Shown here one piece after another: positions 1 to 9,271 of a DNA stretch of 64,000 nt. Both the position numbers and the translations under genes were made by a program. Within the stretch, counting starts at the first letter, position 1. Each line of letters begins with the position of its first letter. The stretch is from an uncultured delta proteobacterium (GTDB taxonomy: Bacteria > Myxococcota_A > Polyangia > Polyangiales > Houyiibacteriaceae). The stretch spans positions 160,001 through 224,000 of the forward strand of contig CAVOVB010000005.1 in assembly GCA_963699755.1 (NCBI GenBank), given 5' to 3'. The notes beneath the pieces were generated by a model, which did not search any database, had not been told where the DNA came from, and saw nothing but the letters and a program-made list of their open reading frames with translations.

Positions 1-111
1 GCTTTCCCAGCAGGGACAAGGCCGAGTGATCGACGGATTTCTCCGGACACCGCGGCTACGACGCGACAAGGAATAGCAACTCGACGACGATGCATTCCGC
101 AAGCGCGGCTC

Positions 112-144
112 CTTGCCGCGTCGGAATTCGTCTGGCAAGCGTAG
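112..144 (+). promoter_or_regulatory. 33-bp conserved intergenic element with CTTGCC-N16-GGCAAG dyad, copy 1
   Basis: CTTGCCGCGTCGGAATTCGTCTGGCAAGCGTAG, 28/33 identical to 3751-3783; ends 3 nt before the ATG at 148. Confidence 0.55.
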
Positions 145-147
145 ATC

Positions 148-1074
148 ATGCCTCTCTGTCACGTCTGTACGTCACCGCGCTCTGAGCCCGTGGTTCGTTC
201 GGACGAGGGCAACCTCGCGGTCAACCGCTGTTTGTCTTGCGGTTTTGCGTACCTCGCGAGCTGGGAACGAAGCATCGAGCAGGCCAGAGCGCTCTATGAC
301 TACTACGGCCAGCTGGACGACGAGGATTTCGCGCGCCGGTACTCCGCGGAGAACCGCGCCCGCCAGCAGAAGCTCTTGAAAGAGCTGGCAGCGTACACGG
401 GGGGGCGAAGATTACTCGACGTCGGTTGCGGCGACGGGCAGCTACTAGAGACGGCGGGGGACCAGGGCTGGGACGCGCTCGGCATCGACCTGTCCGAGTC
501 GGCGATTTCGTGCTGCCACCGACGCGGGCTGCCCGCTTCTAGGACGGATTTTTTTGACGATTCCCTGGATGCGCAGCGTTTTGACGTGATCGTCATGTCC
601 GAGCTGATTGAGCACGTTCCCTCACCGCAACGCTTCCTGAAGCGAGCCGAAACGCTCCTCGATCATGGTGGCGTCGTATACCTTACGACTCCAAACTTCG
701 GCTCACTGGCTCGCCGGATGCTAGGCGGAAGCTGGTCGGTGATCCATCCGGAGCACATCGGCTACTTCGAACGGTCGTCGATCAGAAAACTGGCATCGGA
801 ACAGACTGGGCTCCTGGAAATCAAGATCGATGCGAACAACATCACTCCGTCCACTCTCGTGGCGTGGCTACGCCGCTCGGGCAGTCGAACCGTCACTCCA
901 GCAAGCCAGCTCCACCGCGAGACTCGCCAAAGCCTCGACCAAGAGCTTCGGCGCGCCGTTCACAAGAGCCGCGTGCTCGGCATTTCAAAGGAGTGGACCA
1001 ACCGCGCGATTTCACGCCTCGGGCTTGGCGATACACTGGTGGCCTGGCTGCAGAAACCAGCGAGTCAACGATGA
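148..1074 (+). CDS. Class I SAM-dependent methyltransferase with N-terminal CxxC/CxxC zinc-ribbon-like segment
   Basis: LLDVGCGDG motif I, FDVIVMSELIEH, TTPN; CHVC...CLSC at the N-terminus. Confidence 0.85.
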   Translation: MPLCHVCTSPRSEPVVRSDEGNLAVNRCLSCGFAYLASWERSIEQARALYDYYGQLDDEDFARRYSAENRARQQKLLKELAAYTGGRRLLDVGCGDGQLLETAGDQGWDALGIDLSESAISCCHRRGLPASRTDFFDDSLDAQRFDVIVMSELIEHVPSPQRFLKRAETLLDHGGVVYLTTPNFGSLARRMLGGSWSVIHPEHIGYFERSSIRKLASEQTGLLEIKIDANNITPSTLVAWLRRSGSRTVTPASQLHRETRQSLDQELRRAVHKSRVLGISKEWTNRAISRLGLGDTLVAWLQKPASQR

Positions 1075-1793
1075 CCGCACTGCTCTCCCTCAAGCAGCAA
1101 GTCGCTCGGCTTTGCTACAGGGCGGCGCAACTTCCGATCAGCCCGCTGCTCAGGTACGAATGGTCAAAGCGGGGCCAGCGTCGCATGAACGAGCGGCCAC
1201 TCGAATATGCCTTCACCTTGACTTGCCTCTCAGAGCTCTGCCCCGAGAGGGTATTGGATGTGGGAACGGGCACGACTGCCTGGCCACAGCTCCTCGCGAA
1301 CTGCGGATACAACGTGACGGCGATCGACGAAGGGAATTCGTACTGGGGGCGCCGAGTCGCCAATCGACACCACCATGTCGTGCGCGATGACATCACGAAC
1401 CCAAGTATCGAAGGCCAGTTCGATGCGATCACCTGTCTGAGCGTGATCGAGCACATCGGCGACCACGAGGCGGCAGTCCGAGGTATGCGTAGACTTCTGC
1501 GCACAGGGGGTCACGCCGTCGTCAGCGTCCCGTACCAAGAGCGACGATTCATCGAGAACGTCTATGCACTTCCAGGCGTGTCCTATGGGGCCGATGCGCC
1601 TTACATTTGTCGCGTCTACTCACGCCGAGAGATAGAAAAATGGCTTGCCGAGGGGTTCGAGATCGTGCGCCAGGAGTACTATCGAGTCTTCACTGGCGAC
1701 CTCTGGGCTTTTGGTGAGCGGCTGCGCCCGCCCGTGAGGACCGGCGCGGATGAAGCACACCACTTAACCTGCCTCTTGTTGCGCGCGACCTGA
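1071..1793 (+). CDS. Class I SAM-dependent methyltransferase
   Basis: VLDVGTG, FDAITCLSVIEH; ATG at 1071 overlaps the upstream TGA (ATGA coupling), so the 864 start in the ORF track is too early. Confidence 0.85.
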   Translation: MTALLSLKQQVARLCYRAAQLPISPLLRYEWSKRGQRRMNERPLEYAFTLTCLSELCPERVLDVGTGTTAWPQLLANCGYNVTAIDEGNSYWGRRVANRHHHVVRDDITNPSIEGQFDAITCLSVIEHIGDHEAAVRGMRRLLRTGGHAVVSVPYQERRFIENVYALPGVSYGADAPYICRVYSRREIEKWLAEGFEIVRQEYYRVFTGDLWAFGERLRPPVRTGADEAHHLTCLLLRAT

Positions 1794-1800
1794 CGTCCCC

Positions 1801-2790
1801 CTAGGGCGCTGGGGTGTAACCAAGACAAAGGCTCGTGTAGTCGATGCCGTTGATGATGACGGCAGCGGTGGTTGCCTCAATCGTGAGCTTGTGGATCTCG
1901 CCGGGGATCAAGGCGCTAACTTCGACGGTCCTGTCGCCAATCGTGGTCGTTGCGGACCCTAGGCTGACCCCGTCCTTGTCCTCCGCGGTAAGGCTGAACG
2001 CCGTACTGACTGCCCCGTTTACCGTGAGCACGACATCGGTCGCACCCTCGGCGGCGCCCAGAATAGCGCCATCCGAGCGGAAGATCTCAAACACCATCGA
2101 TTCATTTGGAGTACCGCTCTGGATGCTTCGAGGATTGCCAATGGCATCGGTCCCCATGCCCACCGTCTGGTCGCCGAGCAAGTTCCCAGACCCGGGGCCC
2201 GGCGTGACCCGGAGGCCTGAGCCCACGACTTCATAAACCATCACGAAGCCGGCGGTATTCACCGTGAGATTGACAACTTGGGGGCTGTCGGCTCCCGCGG
2301 GGCAAGCACCACTTCCGCCCACGCCGCCCATGCCGCCAGCTCCAGCCATGCCGCCAGCGCCAGCCATGCCGCCAGCGCCAGCCATGCCGCCAGCGCCAGC
2401 CATGCCGCCCGCGCCAGCCATGCCGCCCGCGCCAGCCATGCCGCCCGCTCCAGCCATGCCGCCCGCGCCAGCCATGCCGCCCGCTCCAGCCATGCCGCCC
2501 GCGCCAGCCATGCCGCCAGCGCCGGCCATGCCGCCAGCGCCAGCCATGCCGCCAGCGCCAGCCATGCCGCCAGCGCCAGCCATGCCGCCAGCGCCGGCCA
2601 TGCCGCCAGCGCCAGCCATGCCGCCAGCGCCAGCCATGCCGCCCGTTCCAGCCATGCCGCCGCTGCCACCCACGCCGCCATCAGTGATCGGAATGCCGTC
2701 GCTGCTGCTGCAGCCAAAGGCAACGACGCAAAGCCCGCTGACGAATACACAACCTAGAAATGCTCGAGTCCACCCCATGCCGCTCACCAC
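1801..2790 (-). CDS. Lipoprotein with a long (GGMAGA)n Gly/Met linker and a C-terminal beta-rich domain
   Basis: Hydrophobic signal ending VVAFG-C (lipobox-like); repeat linker; ~165-aa domain bracketed by two Cys; start may be the ATG at 2778. Confidence 0.75.
   Translation of the reverse strand: MVSGMGWTRAFLGCVFVSGLCVVAFGCSSSDGIPITDGGVGGSGGMAGTGGMAGAGGMAGAGGMAGAGGMAGAGGMAGAGGMAGAGGMAGAGGMAGAGGMAGAGGMAGAGGMAGAGGMAGAGGMAGAGGMAGAGGMAGAGGMAGAGGMAGAGGMGGVGGSGACPAGADSPQVVNLTVNTAGFVMVYEVVGSGLRVTPGPGSGNLLGDQTVGMGTDAIGNPRSIQSGTPNESMVFEIFRSDGAILGAAEGATDVVLTVNGAVSTAFSLTAEDKDGVSLGSATTTIGDRTVEVSALIPGEIHKLTIEATTAAVIINGIDYTSLCLGYTPAP
2330..2653. repeat. 18 tandem copies of an 18-bp unit (ATGCCGCC[A/C]GC[G/T]CCAGCC) encoding GGMAGA on the minus strand
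   Basis: Read directly: ATG at 2330 recurs every 18 nt up to 2654; variation is mostly synonymous. Confidence 0.95.
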
Positions 2791-2912
2791 CCTATCAGTA
2801 CGGCCGTCTCCGGCCCATAATTACGCCGCGACCTCAAATCCCACGTCGCGGAGCTTTCATCGATAATAGCGCCACGGATCATACCCACGTCGCGCACGCA
2901 ACACAACGCCAT

Positions 2913-2946
2913 AAAGACAGCAGATGCGCGAAATATCTGCGTCTTT
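2913..2946 (-). terminator. Long stem-loop, possible terminator of the 2983-3675 gene or a leader element
   Basis: AAAGAC(A)GCAGAT-N9-ATCTGC-GTCTTT, a 12-bp stem with one bulge, ~37 nt after the stop at 2983. Confidence 0.45.
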
Positions 2947-2982
2947 CCCAAAACGTCCCAGCACGGCCGAAAACTCCGAAGG

Positions 2983-3675
2983 TCATGGCCAAAGCCGCCC
3001 CAAGGTCCTTCGACGCATGTGACCGAGGATGTAACGGCTGTTCTGCAGCCCGGAGTCCAACGTGTTGTGGACGCTCACCCGCGGGGTTGGGCGCTCGCCG
3101 ACCTTTTCGAGCACGGCGACTTGGTGCTCGCTGGCAAAGGTAGTGCAATGCACGAGCTCATGGGGATAGGCGCGTAGCCAGTTGCGAACAATCTGCTGTT
3201 CGGCGTCGCGACGATAGTCGTCGAGGTAAATCCGAGCTCCGATCCGTGCGAATTGGAACACTTGGTAGAGGCATGCTTCCCGGCCGCGGCGGGTAGTAAT
3301 GGGCGGACCGTCTATCAGTACCGCATCGACATCTCGAGGAAAGGATCCCGGATGATACGAGCGAAAGAACCCGAGCGAGTGATGCTGCCAGACCAGTGGC
3401 CGCAATGCCACTTCGACGCCTGTTCCACCGCAACGCTCTTGTAACTCGACGCAGGTCTTTTGGCGGAAGGAGGGGTCGGACTCGATGGAGAGAATGGTCG
3501 CGCTTGGAAAATCTCGACTCAATCGAACCGTCGAGGTGCCGCTCCCAAATTCTACGATCGTTCGTGCACCGTGCTGCACCAGATCGTCGTGGATTGCCCG
3601 ATATGCCTCCTCGCCCAAGCTCCAGCTGGATATGAATCTCAACGAGTCCGTGTCTTGCTTGATGTCGCGATTCAT
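2983..3675 (-). CDS. Class I SAM-dependent methyltransferase-like protein
   Basis: IVEFGSGTST, SIESD, VLIDGPP, YLDD motifs. Confidence 0.75.
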   Translation of the reverse strand: MNRDIKQDTDSLRFISSWSLGEEAYRAIHDDLVQHGARTIVEFGSGTSTVRLSRDFPSATILSIESDPSFRQKTCVELQERCGGTGVEVALRPLVWQHHSLGFFRSYHPGSFPRDVDAVLIDGPPITTRRGREACLYQVFQFARIGARIYLDDYRRDAEQQIVRNWLRAYPHELVHCTTFASEHQVAVLEKVGERPTPRVSVHNTLDSGLQNSRYILGHMRRRTLGRLWP

Positions 3676-3750
3676 CGGTCGAGCTCAAATTGTAGTCAAG
3701 CCTAGCCCAACCCGATCGAAGCGCGATGGTCCAGGCCTCGTGGAAGCGAA

Positions 3751-3783
3751 CTTGCCGACCAGGAACTCGTCTGGCAAGCGTAG
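3751..3783 (+). promoter_or_regulatory. 33-bp conserved intergenic element with CTTGCC-N16-GGCAAG dyad, copy 2
   Basis: CTTGCCGACCAGGAACTCGTCTGGCAAGCGTAG, in the divergent gap between the 3675 gene and the flippase. Confidence 0.55.
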
Positions 3784-3818
3784 CGTGTGGTGAGCTGTCG
3801 ACGCTGTGGGCGCAAGCG

Positions 3819-5147
3819 ATGAGCGTGGGCCGAAACACACTTTGGGTGTTCGTCAGCAACCTTCTGAGCCTGGTCCTCACCATCGGCACATCGATCTTCC
3901 TGACCCGCGCCTTGGGCGTGCAAGGAAGAGGTGAATTCGCTCTCTTCACCGCCTCCGCAGGGGTGCTGGCTCTCCTTCTAGGATGGGGTCTCGACTCCGC
4001 GATCCGTTATTTCGTAGCCCAGAAGAAAGTCGACTTTTCGGCGGTAGCCGCGACCTTGGGAGCCTACCTTGCGGTGTTGGGCCCAGTGCTTCTGCTTCTC
4101 GTCCATTGGAATCACACGCTCCTGGGTAATGAGCTGCTGATCCCGAGCTCGATTCAGACCACCCCGGTCGAGGTTCTCCTCGTCGCGACGGTATTGGCAA
4201 ACATCGGATTCTCTGCTGTCTCGTCGATGCTCGCAGGCACCATGGATTTCAAGCCGCTCAACATTCTGTCGATCGCATTGTCGTTCGCTTCGTTCGTCAC
4301 CTACGGACTTTGTTGGACAGCCAAGGAACTGGGCTGGTTTCACGTAGCCCCGCCCCTCATTCTCGCTGCGCATCTCACCCTCGCCGTATCGAACCTAGTG
4401 ATCCTCGGTTTGATCGTACGGCATCGCCTCGAGATACGGCTGCCGTCGCCACTAGTGAAACGGGCCACTCTAGCTCGAATGGTTCGGTACGGGTCGCTGG
4501 CCTACCTGGCGACGCTGCTGCAGTTCTTCAACTATCGGGTCGACTACTGGATCGTCCAACATTTCAGAGGCGAAGAGGCTCTCGGGCTCTACTCCCTTGC
4601 GAGCAGCCTGGCCATGATGCTCTGGATGCTGCCTCGGGCCGCTGCCTCGGTTCTTCTACCAGCGACGGCGGCGGGGCACCTAGGAGCCACGGCAGCCCAC
4701 GCCGCGCGAATGTCGAGAGTCTCCGTGGCTGTCGGGACAGCGGTGGCCGTGCCTCTCGTCCCCTTCGCCTCTTGGTGGATCGCTCTCCTTTACGGAGAAG
4801 ACTTTGCCGAGTCGGCAAGGCCGTTCGTGATCCTTCTGGCCGGTTGCATTCCTTTCATCGCGAGCATCGTTCTCGCGAGCTCTTTGGCGGGCATCAACCG
4901 TCTCGATATCAACCTCTGGGCCTCGGGAGCAGGGTTGATCGCGACGGTGGTCTTGGACATACTCTTGATCCCGAGCTGGGGATTGGAGGGAGCGGCCGCA
5001 GCGTCTGCCACGTCGTATTTGGTCACAACTGGGATCGTCGTCATGAGCTTTTCGCGCATGCACGACATTCCCGTTCATGCCTACCTCATCCCCAACAGGT
5101 CTGATTTCGGATACCTAGCTGATGGATTCAGAAGAGTTCTACGATAA
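3819..5147 (+). CDS. Oligosaccharide flippase (Wzx / polysaccharide biosynthesis protein)
   Basis: About 12 hydrophobic segments, TRALGVQGRGEF, NYRVD...LGLYSLA, LLIPSWGLEGAAAA; ATG 3819 (MSVGRNT) chosen as start. Confidence 0.85.
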   Translation: MSVGRNTLWVFVSNLLSLVLTIGTSIFLTRALGVQGRGEFALFTASAGVLALLLGWGLDSAIRYFVAQKKVDFSAVAATLGAYLAVLGPVLLLLVHWNHTLLGNELLIPSSIQTTPVEVLLVATVLANIGFSAVSSMLAGTMDFKPLNILSIALSFASFVTYGLCWTAKELGWFHVAPPLILAAHLTLAVSNLVILGLIVRHRLEIRLPSPLVKRATLARMVRYGSLAYLATLLQFFNYRVDYWIVQHFRGEEALGLYSLASSLAMMLWMLPRAAASVLLPATAAGHLGATAAHAARMSRVSVAVGTAVAVPLVPFASWWIALLYGEDFAESARPFVILLAGCIPFIASIVLASSLAGINRLDINLWASGAGLIATVVLDILLIPSWGLEGAAAASATSYLVTTGIVVMSFSRMHDIPVHAYLIPNRSDFGYLADGFRRVLR

Positions 5148-5823
5148 GTACGTCGCCCAGCAGACGGCTGTCGGGGTAAACGATCGCCACCGCGCAATTC
5201 TCAGATGGCTGCAGCGTTTCGGCATGGGGCCTGGAGATGCTGTGCTGGAAATCGGCTGCGGGATCGGAACGGTGTCGGGACTGATCGCTCCTGCTCTGGG
5301 GTCAGATGGTTCACTGGTTGCGATTGATCTAAGCACCAAGAACATCGCGACGGCGCGTTCTCGTCTTGCCGGACTCAAGAACGCCGAGTTCAAGGCTGGG
5401 GACGTGCTCACGATTGACCTCTCGGGACTGTTTGACGTCGTGGTTCTACCAGACGTGATCGAGCACATTCCCTTGGAGCACCATCGGCTGCTTTTTTCTC
5501 GGGTTGCGTCCTGGCTGGCCCCTGGTGGATTCGCTCTGCTCCACTACCCAAACCCCTGGTACCTCGAGTGGTGTCAGGCAAACAAACCGGAGCTCCTGCA
5601 GTTGATCGACCAGCCGATCCACGCAGACACGCTCACGGCCAACCTGTACGCCAACGGCCTCTACCTCGACTACCTCGAGACCTATCCCATCTGGATTTCC
5701 GAAGGCGATTATCAAGTTGCAGTCGTCCGGCACCAGGCCACGCAAAGATCATTCACGCATGTGCAGCCGCCGCAGTCGATCGCCCGCAGCATCAAAGCGG
5801 CGGTCCGGAGATGGATTCGTTGA
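5122..5823 (+). CDS. Class I SAM-dependent methyltransferase
   Basis: VLEIGCGIG, IDLS, FDVVVLPDVIEH. Confidence 0.85.
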   Translation: MDSEEFYDKYVAQQTAVGVNDRHRAILRWLQRFGMGPGDAVLEIGCGIGTVSGLIAPALGSDGSLVAIDLSTKNIATARSRLAGLKNAEFKAGDVLTIDLSGLFDVVVLPDVIEHIPLEHHRLLFSRVASWLAPGGFALLHYPNPWYLEWCQANKPELLQLIDQPIHADTLTANLYANGLYLDYLETYPIWISEGDYQVAVVRHQATQRSFTHVQPPQSIARSIKAAVRRWIR

Positions 5824-7055
5824 AGTCGCGGCCGACCTTGGTCCTGCTGACCTCATCGTATCCATTCGGCACCAGGAGCGAGACTTTTCTCGAGAACGAG
5901 GTGCCGATCCTCGCAGACCGGTTTGACCGGATCCTGATCCTGCCCTCCCATCGCAAGCCCGGCTGTCGGCCATTGACAGCGGGGGTTGAGCTGGTCGAGA
6001 TGCCATGGCTCGAGGGATGGGATCGGCTCGCCCGCCTTCGAGCCCTTGCAAGCGCGGCCGCCCGCAGACCAGCGAGCTCAATTTTCGGATCCCCGAGGGA
6101 GTGGCTAGCTTACGGCCGCGGGCTGCGAGAATATGGAGACGTTCTGGCGCAGGGTGTGCTCAAAGCCCGCGAGCTGAGCTCGTTCATCGAGTCCAGAAGA
6201 TTGGGTAGCGCTCTCTTTTACGACTACTGGTTCGAAAACTCGACTCTCGCGCTCGCCATCCTCAGAGCCTCGGGTCAAATCTCTGCCGCGGTCGCCCGTG
6301 CGCACGGTTACGATCTGTATGACGAGAGGTGGCCATCGGGACGGGTTCCGTTCAGGGAGTTCAAACTCGAAGGCTTGGATCGGGTCTTCCCCGTCTCTGA
6401 GTTTGGGCGGCGATACCTCGAGCAGAAGGTTCCCTGGGCGTCCGAGCGGATTGAGGTTCAGCGACTCGGGGTGGTCCAGCATCCGGTGCCTGCGCCAGCA
6501 AAGCGGGAAGCGCCTCTGGTGGTGTCTTGCGGGACACTCCTTCCCTTCAAACGCTTTCATCTCGTCCCTGAGGTGCTCGGCTTGCTCGGTCGACCGGTTC
6601 GATGGGTCCATTTCGGAGATGGACCAGACCGGCACAAAGTCCGAGGTGCCGCGGAGCGTCTGCCGACCAGGGTCTCCTGGGAGCTTCGAGGAGACGTGCC
6701 CAACTCGGAGGTGATACGGTTTTACAGAGACGAGCCGGTGGACGCCGTCGTATCCCTCAGTTTGTCCGAGGGCCTGCCGGTTTCCATGATGGAAGCCATC
6801 AGCTTCGGGATCCCCCTACTCGGAATGCAGGTGTACGGCGTCCCTGAGATCGTCACTCGAGAGACCGGCATTTGCTTGCCGATCGACGCTACGCCAGCGC
6901 AAGCCGCATCTGCGCTGGCCGAGATTCTGACAGCGGGCCGGTTTGATAGGCCCGCAATTCGTCGCTTCTTCGCAGCAAACTATGAGGCTTCCACGAACTA
7001 CAACGAGTTTGCAGATACGCTGATCGATGTCTGGGAGCGCTCCCTAGGTGCCTAG
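5811..7055 (+). CDS. Glycosyltransferase family 4 (GT-B)
   Basis: TSSYPFG..ETFLENE, RAHGYD, SLSEGLPVSMMEA; start at ATG 5811 or TTG 5820. Confidence 0.85.
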   Translation: MDSLKSRPTLVLLTSSYPFGTRSETFLENEVPILADRFDRILILPSHRKPGCRPLTAGVELVEMPWLEGWDRLARLRALASAAARRPASSIFGSPREWLAYGRGLREYGDVLAQGVLKARELSSFIESRRLGSALFYDYWFENSTLALAILRASGQISAAVARAHGYDLYDERWPSGRVPFREFKLEGLDRVFPVSEFGRRYLEQKVPWASERIEVQRLGVVQHPVPAPAKREAPLVVSCGTLLPFKRFHLVPEVLGLLGRPVRWVHFGDGPDRHKVRGAAERLPTRVSWELRGDVPNSEVIRFYRDEPVDAVVSLSLSEGLPVSMMEAISFGIPLLGMQVYGVPEIVTRETGICLPIDATPAQAASALAEILTAGRFDRPAIRRFFAANYEASTNYNEFADTLIDVWERSLGA

Positions 7056-8129
7056 TGCGTTTGCCAGAGTCTCTGCAATCTTTTCGCCAGCATGGCCATC
7101 GCCGTACACACCTTCTCGGCTCCGGGAAGGTGGAGATTCGAGAAACGCTTGGCATGCGCTCAGCATCATCGCTGGATCGGCGCCAACCAATCGGTTCCAA
7201 CCAAGCTCGACTGTTTCGACCCACTCGGTCTCTTCGCGTGCTGTCACACAGGGTCGACCAAGATAGAACGCTTCTTTCTGCAAGCCGCCGCTGTCCGTGA
7301 TGACCACGCGGCAACGGTGCAGCAACGCAAGCATGTCCAAATAGCCCACGGGTTCGATCACGTGGATGGAATCCCGAAAAGACAAATCGAACTCGGAGAG
7401 CCTCTGCTTCGTTCTTGGGTGGAGTGGGATCACCAGGGGAATTGTTCTCGATACCTGATTCAGGCCCGCAACCAAGGCCTCGAGCTTCGCAGGCTCGTCC
7501 GTGTTTTCTGGCCGGTGCAAGGTAACAAGGGCAAATGGCCCGGACATGAAACGCTGGCAAGACACTGAGTTTTGTTCGATCGCCACGGGCAGAAACCGAT
7601 CACAGGCGTCGCGCATCACGTCCCCGACGACGTGCACGTCCTCGACGATGCCCTCAGCGGACAGATGCCGTTTGGGGGTTTCGCCCGTCACGAAGTGAAA
7701 GGTGGCTAAGTGATCGGTAATTACGCGATTGATTTCCTCTGGCATACGTCGATTGAAAGACCTCATCCCCGCTTCGACGTGGGCGACGGGAACGTGAAGT
7801 TTCACGGCGGCAATGGCCGCTGCCGCAGTTGAATTGGTGTCTCCGTACACCAAGACCGCGTCAGGACTCTTCTCTTGAACGATGGACTCGATCGCCTCAA
7901 TCATGCGGCCGGTCATGGCACCGTGAGAGAGCCCTCCGATGTCGAGATTTCGACTCACGCCAGGGAGGGCCAGCTCACGGAAAAAAACGTCCGACATGTT
8001 GTCGTCGTAGTGCTGTCCGGTGTGGACCAGCGACTCGGCAAGCCCGGCCCGTCGCAACGCCGACGAGACGATGGCGGCCTTCACGAACTGCGGTCGAGCG
8101 CCGACGACGGTGAGCAAGTCGACGGTCAT
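7044..8129 (-). CDS. wecB: Non-hydrolysing UDP-N-acetylglucosamine 2-epimerase, WbpI/WlbD-like subgroup
   Basis: VGARPQFVK, HTGQHYD, GDTNST, HVEAGMRS, MPEEINR, TDSGGLQKEA, ETEWVE; ATG 8129 coupled to the upstream stop. Confidence 0.9.
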   Translation of the reverse strand: MTVDLLTVVGARPQFVKAAIVSSALRRAGLAESLVHTGQHYDDNMSDVFFRELALPGVSRNLDIGGLSHGAMTGRMIEAIESIVQEKSPDAVLVYGDTNSTAAAAIAAVKLHVPVAHVEAGMRSFNRRMPEEINRVITDHLATFHFVTGETPKRHLSAEGIVEDVHVVGDVMRDACDRFLPVAIEQNSVSCQRFMSGPFALVTLHRPENTDEPAKLEALVAGLNQVSRTIPLVIPLHPRTKQRLSEFDLSFRDSIHVIEPVGYLDMLALLHRCRVVITDSGGLQKEAFYLGRPCVTAREETEWVETVELGWNRLVGADPAMMLSACQAFLESPPSRSREGVYGDGHAGEKIAETLANALGT

Positions 8130-9268
8130 CCGAGAACGACCTCCATGATCTTGGATAACTGTCTGTTCCAAGATAGGTTTTCGGCCGCATAGGCCCGCAT
8201 CTTGCGAGCCGGCTCATCGATCTCGTCGAGCATGATCGCGTAGTCGGCGAGTACCTGGCTGAGGTCGACGGGCTCGTCTCCTACCGGGATTCGCAGGGCA
8301 AAGGGAAAGCCATCCGCGAAGCTCTCGTCCGTGGCGGCAAACACGAAAGGGATTCCCCGCGCACAGTACTCGCGCGTCTTCAAGGAGCTGGCGGTCTGCA
8401 GACCGATACGGTGCATGCCCAAGCTTGCAATGGCGATGTCGCTTTGGTCAAACAGCGCGTCCAGCGCTTTGCCGGTCGTCATTCCGTGAAAGGTGACGTG
8501 GTCGTCGAGTCGAAGTCTCGTACAGAGCTCTTCGAGCTCTGCGGCCGCAGGTCCGTCGCCCGCGAAGCTTACGTGCGGCGCTAGATCGGGTTTCTCGTCT
8601 AGAAACTCCCGGAGTCCGCGGAGAACGCGATCGTACCCATGCCACTTCGCCAAGGAGGCGACGCCCAAGAACCTTGGCGCCTTGGGGTTGAACGGAGAAG
8701 CGCTGCGAATCGGTAGCGCATCCACATCCACTCCGTTGGTGCTCCGGATACATGGGATGCCATAGATCTCGCTTTGATCACCGAACGTCACCACATGATC
8801 CACGCGCGCCCGGAGCAACCCACTCAGTGCAGCGTCGCTCGCCACGACTAGCCTCTGGGCGATGGTATCTGCCTCTCCGCGCAGCGGATAACTAGCAAAC
8901 TCCAAAACGATGCGAAGCTTGGGATTGTGGTTCTTCATCCAAGCAAGAAAGCCGAGGAGAGCGGGGTTGGTTCCGGGATGGCGGATGTAGAGCACGTCGT
9001 AGTCCTCCGCGGCGCAGTGGCTCGCAATGACTTTCCAAAACGCCCCATAGTGGTTCAGGACGCGTAGAGGGCGCCCTCCAGTCCAGCGATACTTCACTAG
9101 ACGCGCATCATCGAAGACGACGCCTTCTTCGCGTCCAACGACCGTGGTCAGCTCGAATCCCAAGCTCCGCAAGGCGTCCGCTTGATAGCGCATCTTGTTC
9201 AAGATGCCGCGACTCGGCGCAAAGTCGTCTCGCACCGGATAGATCAGTAATACGCGCGGACCTGACAC
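8126..9268 (-). CDS. Glycosyltransferase family 4
   Basis: KWHGYDR, AGDGP, SLKTREYCARGIP. Confidence 0.85.
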   Translation of the reverse strand: MSGPRVLLIYPVRDDFAPSRGILNKMRYQADALRSLGFELTTVVGREEGVVFDDARLVKYRWTGGRPLRVLNHYGAFWKVIASHCAAEDYDVLYIRHPGTNPALLGFLAWMKNHNPKLRIVLEFASYPLRGEADTIAQRLVVASDAALSGLLRARVDHVVTFGDQSEIYGIPCIRSTNGVDVDALPIRSASPFNPKAPRFLGVASLAKWHGYDRVLRGLREFLDEKPDLAPHVSFAGDGPAAAELEELCTRLRLDDHVTFHGMTTGKALDALFDQSDIAIASLGMHRIGLQTASSLKTREYCARGIPFVFAATDESFADGFPFALRIPVGDEPVDLSQVLADYAIMLDEIDEPARKMRAYAAENLSWNRQLSKIMEVVLG

Positions 9269-9271
9269 GGC

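Noticed and set aside
1..144. Both copies of the 33-bp element translate to LAxxExVWQA-stop, suggesting duplicated gene ends
   Set aside because: The frame at 3706-3783 has no start after the TAG at 3703, and the 1-144 frame has atypical codon usage, so a non-coding role is more likely
2330..2653. Tandem repeat as a possible CRISPR array
   Set aside because: No unique spacers, an 18-bp period, fully coding, and no cas genes
2264..2866. Plus-strand ORFs reading (MPPAPA)n or (SHAASA)n
   Set aside because: They are other frames of the 18-bp repeat; only the minus-strand frame has a signal peptide/lipobox, a folded domain and synonymous variation
2820..2875. Minus-strand ATGAA...TGGG..TTTGA resembling a c-di-GMP-II riboswitch
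   Set aside because: The GGGCAC/GTGCAACCG pseudoknot elements are absent
3776..3787. AAGCGTAGCGTG resembling the RfaH ops element
   Set aside because: It lacks the GGCGGTAG core; covered instead by the 33-bp element finding
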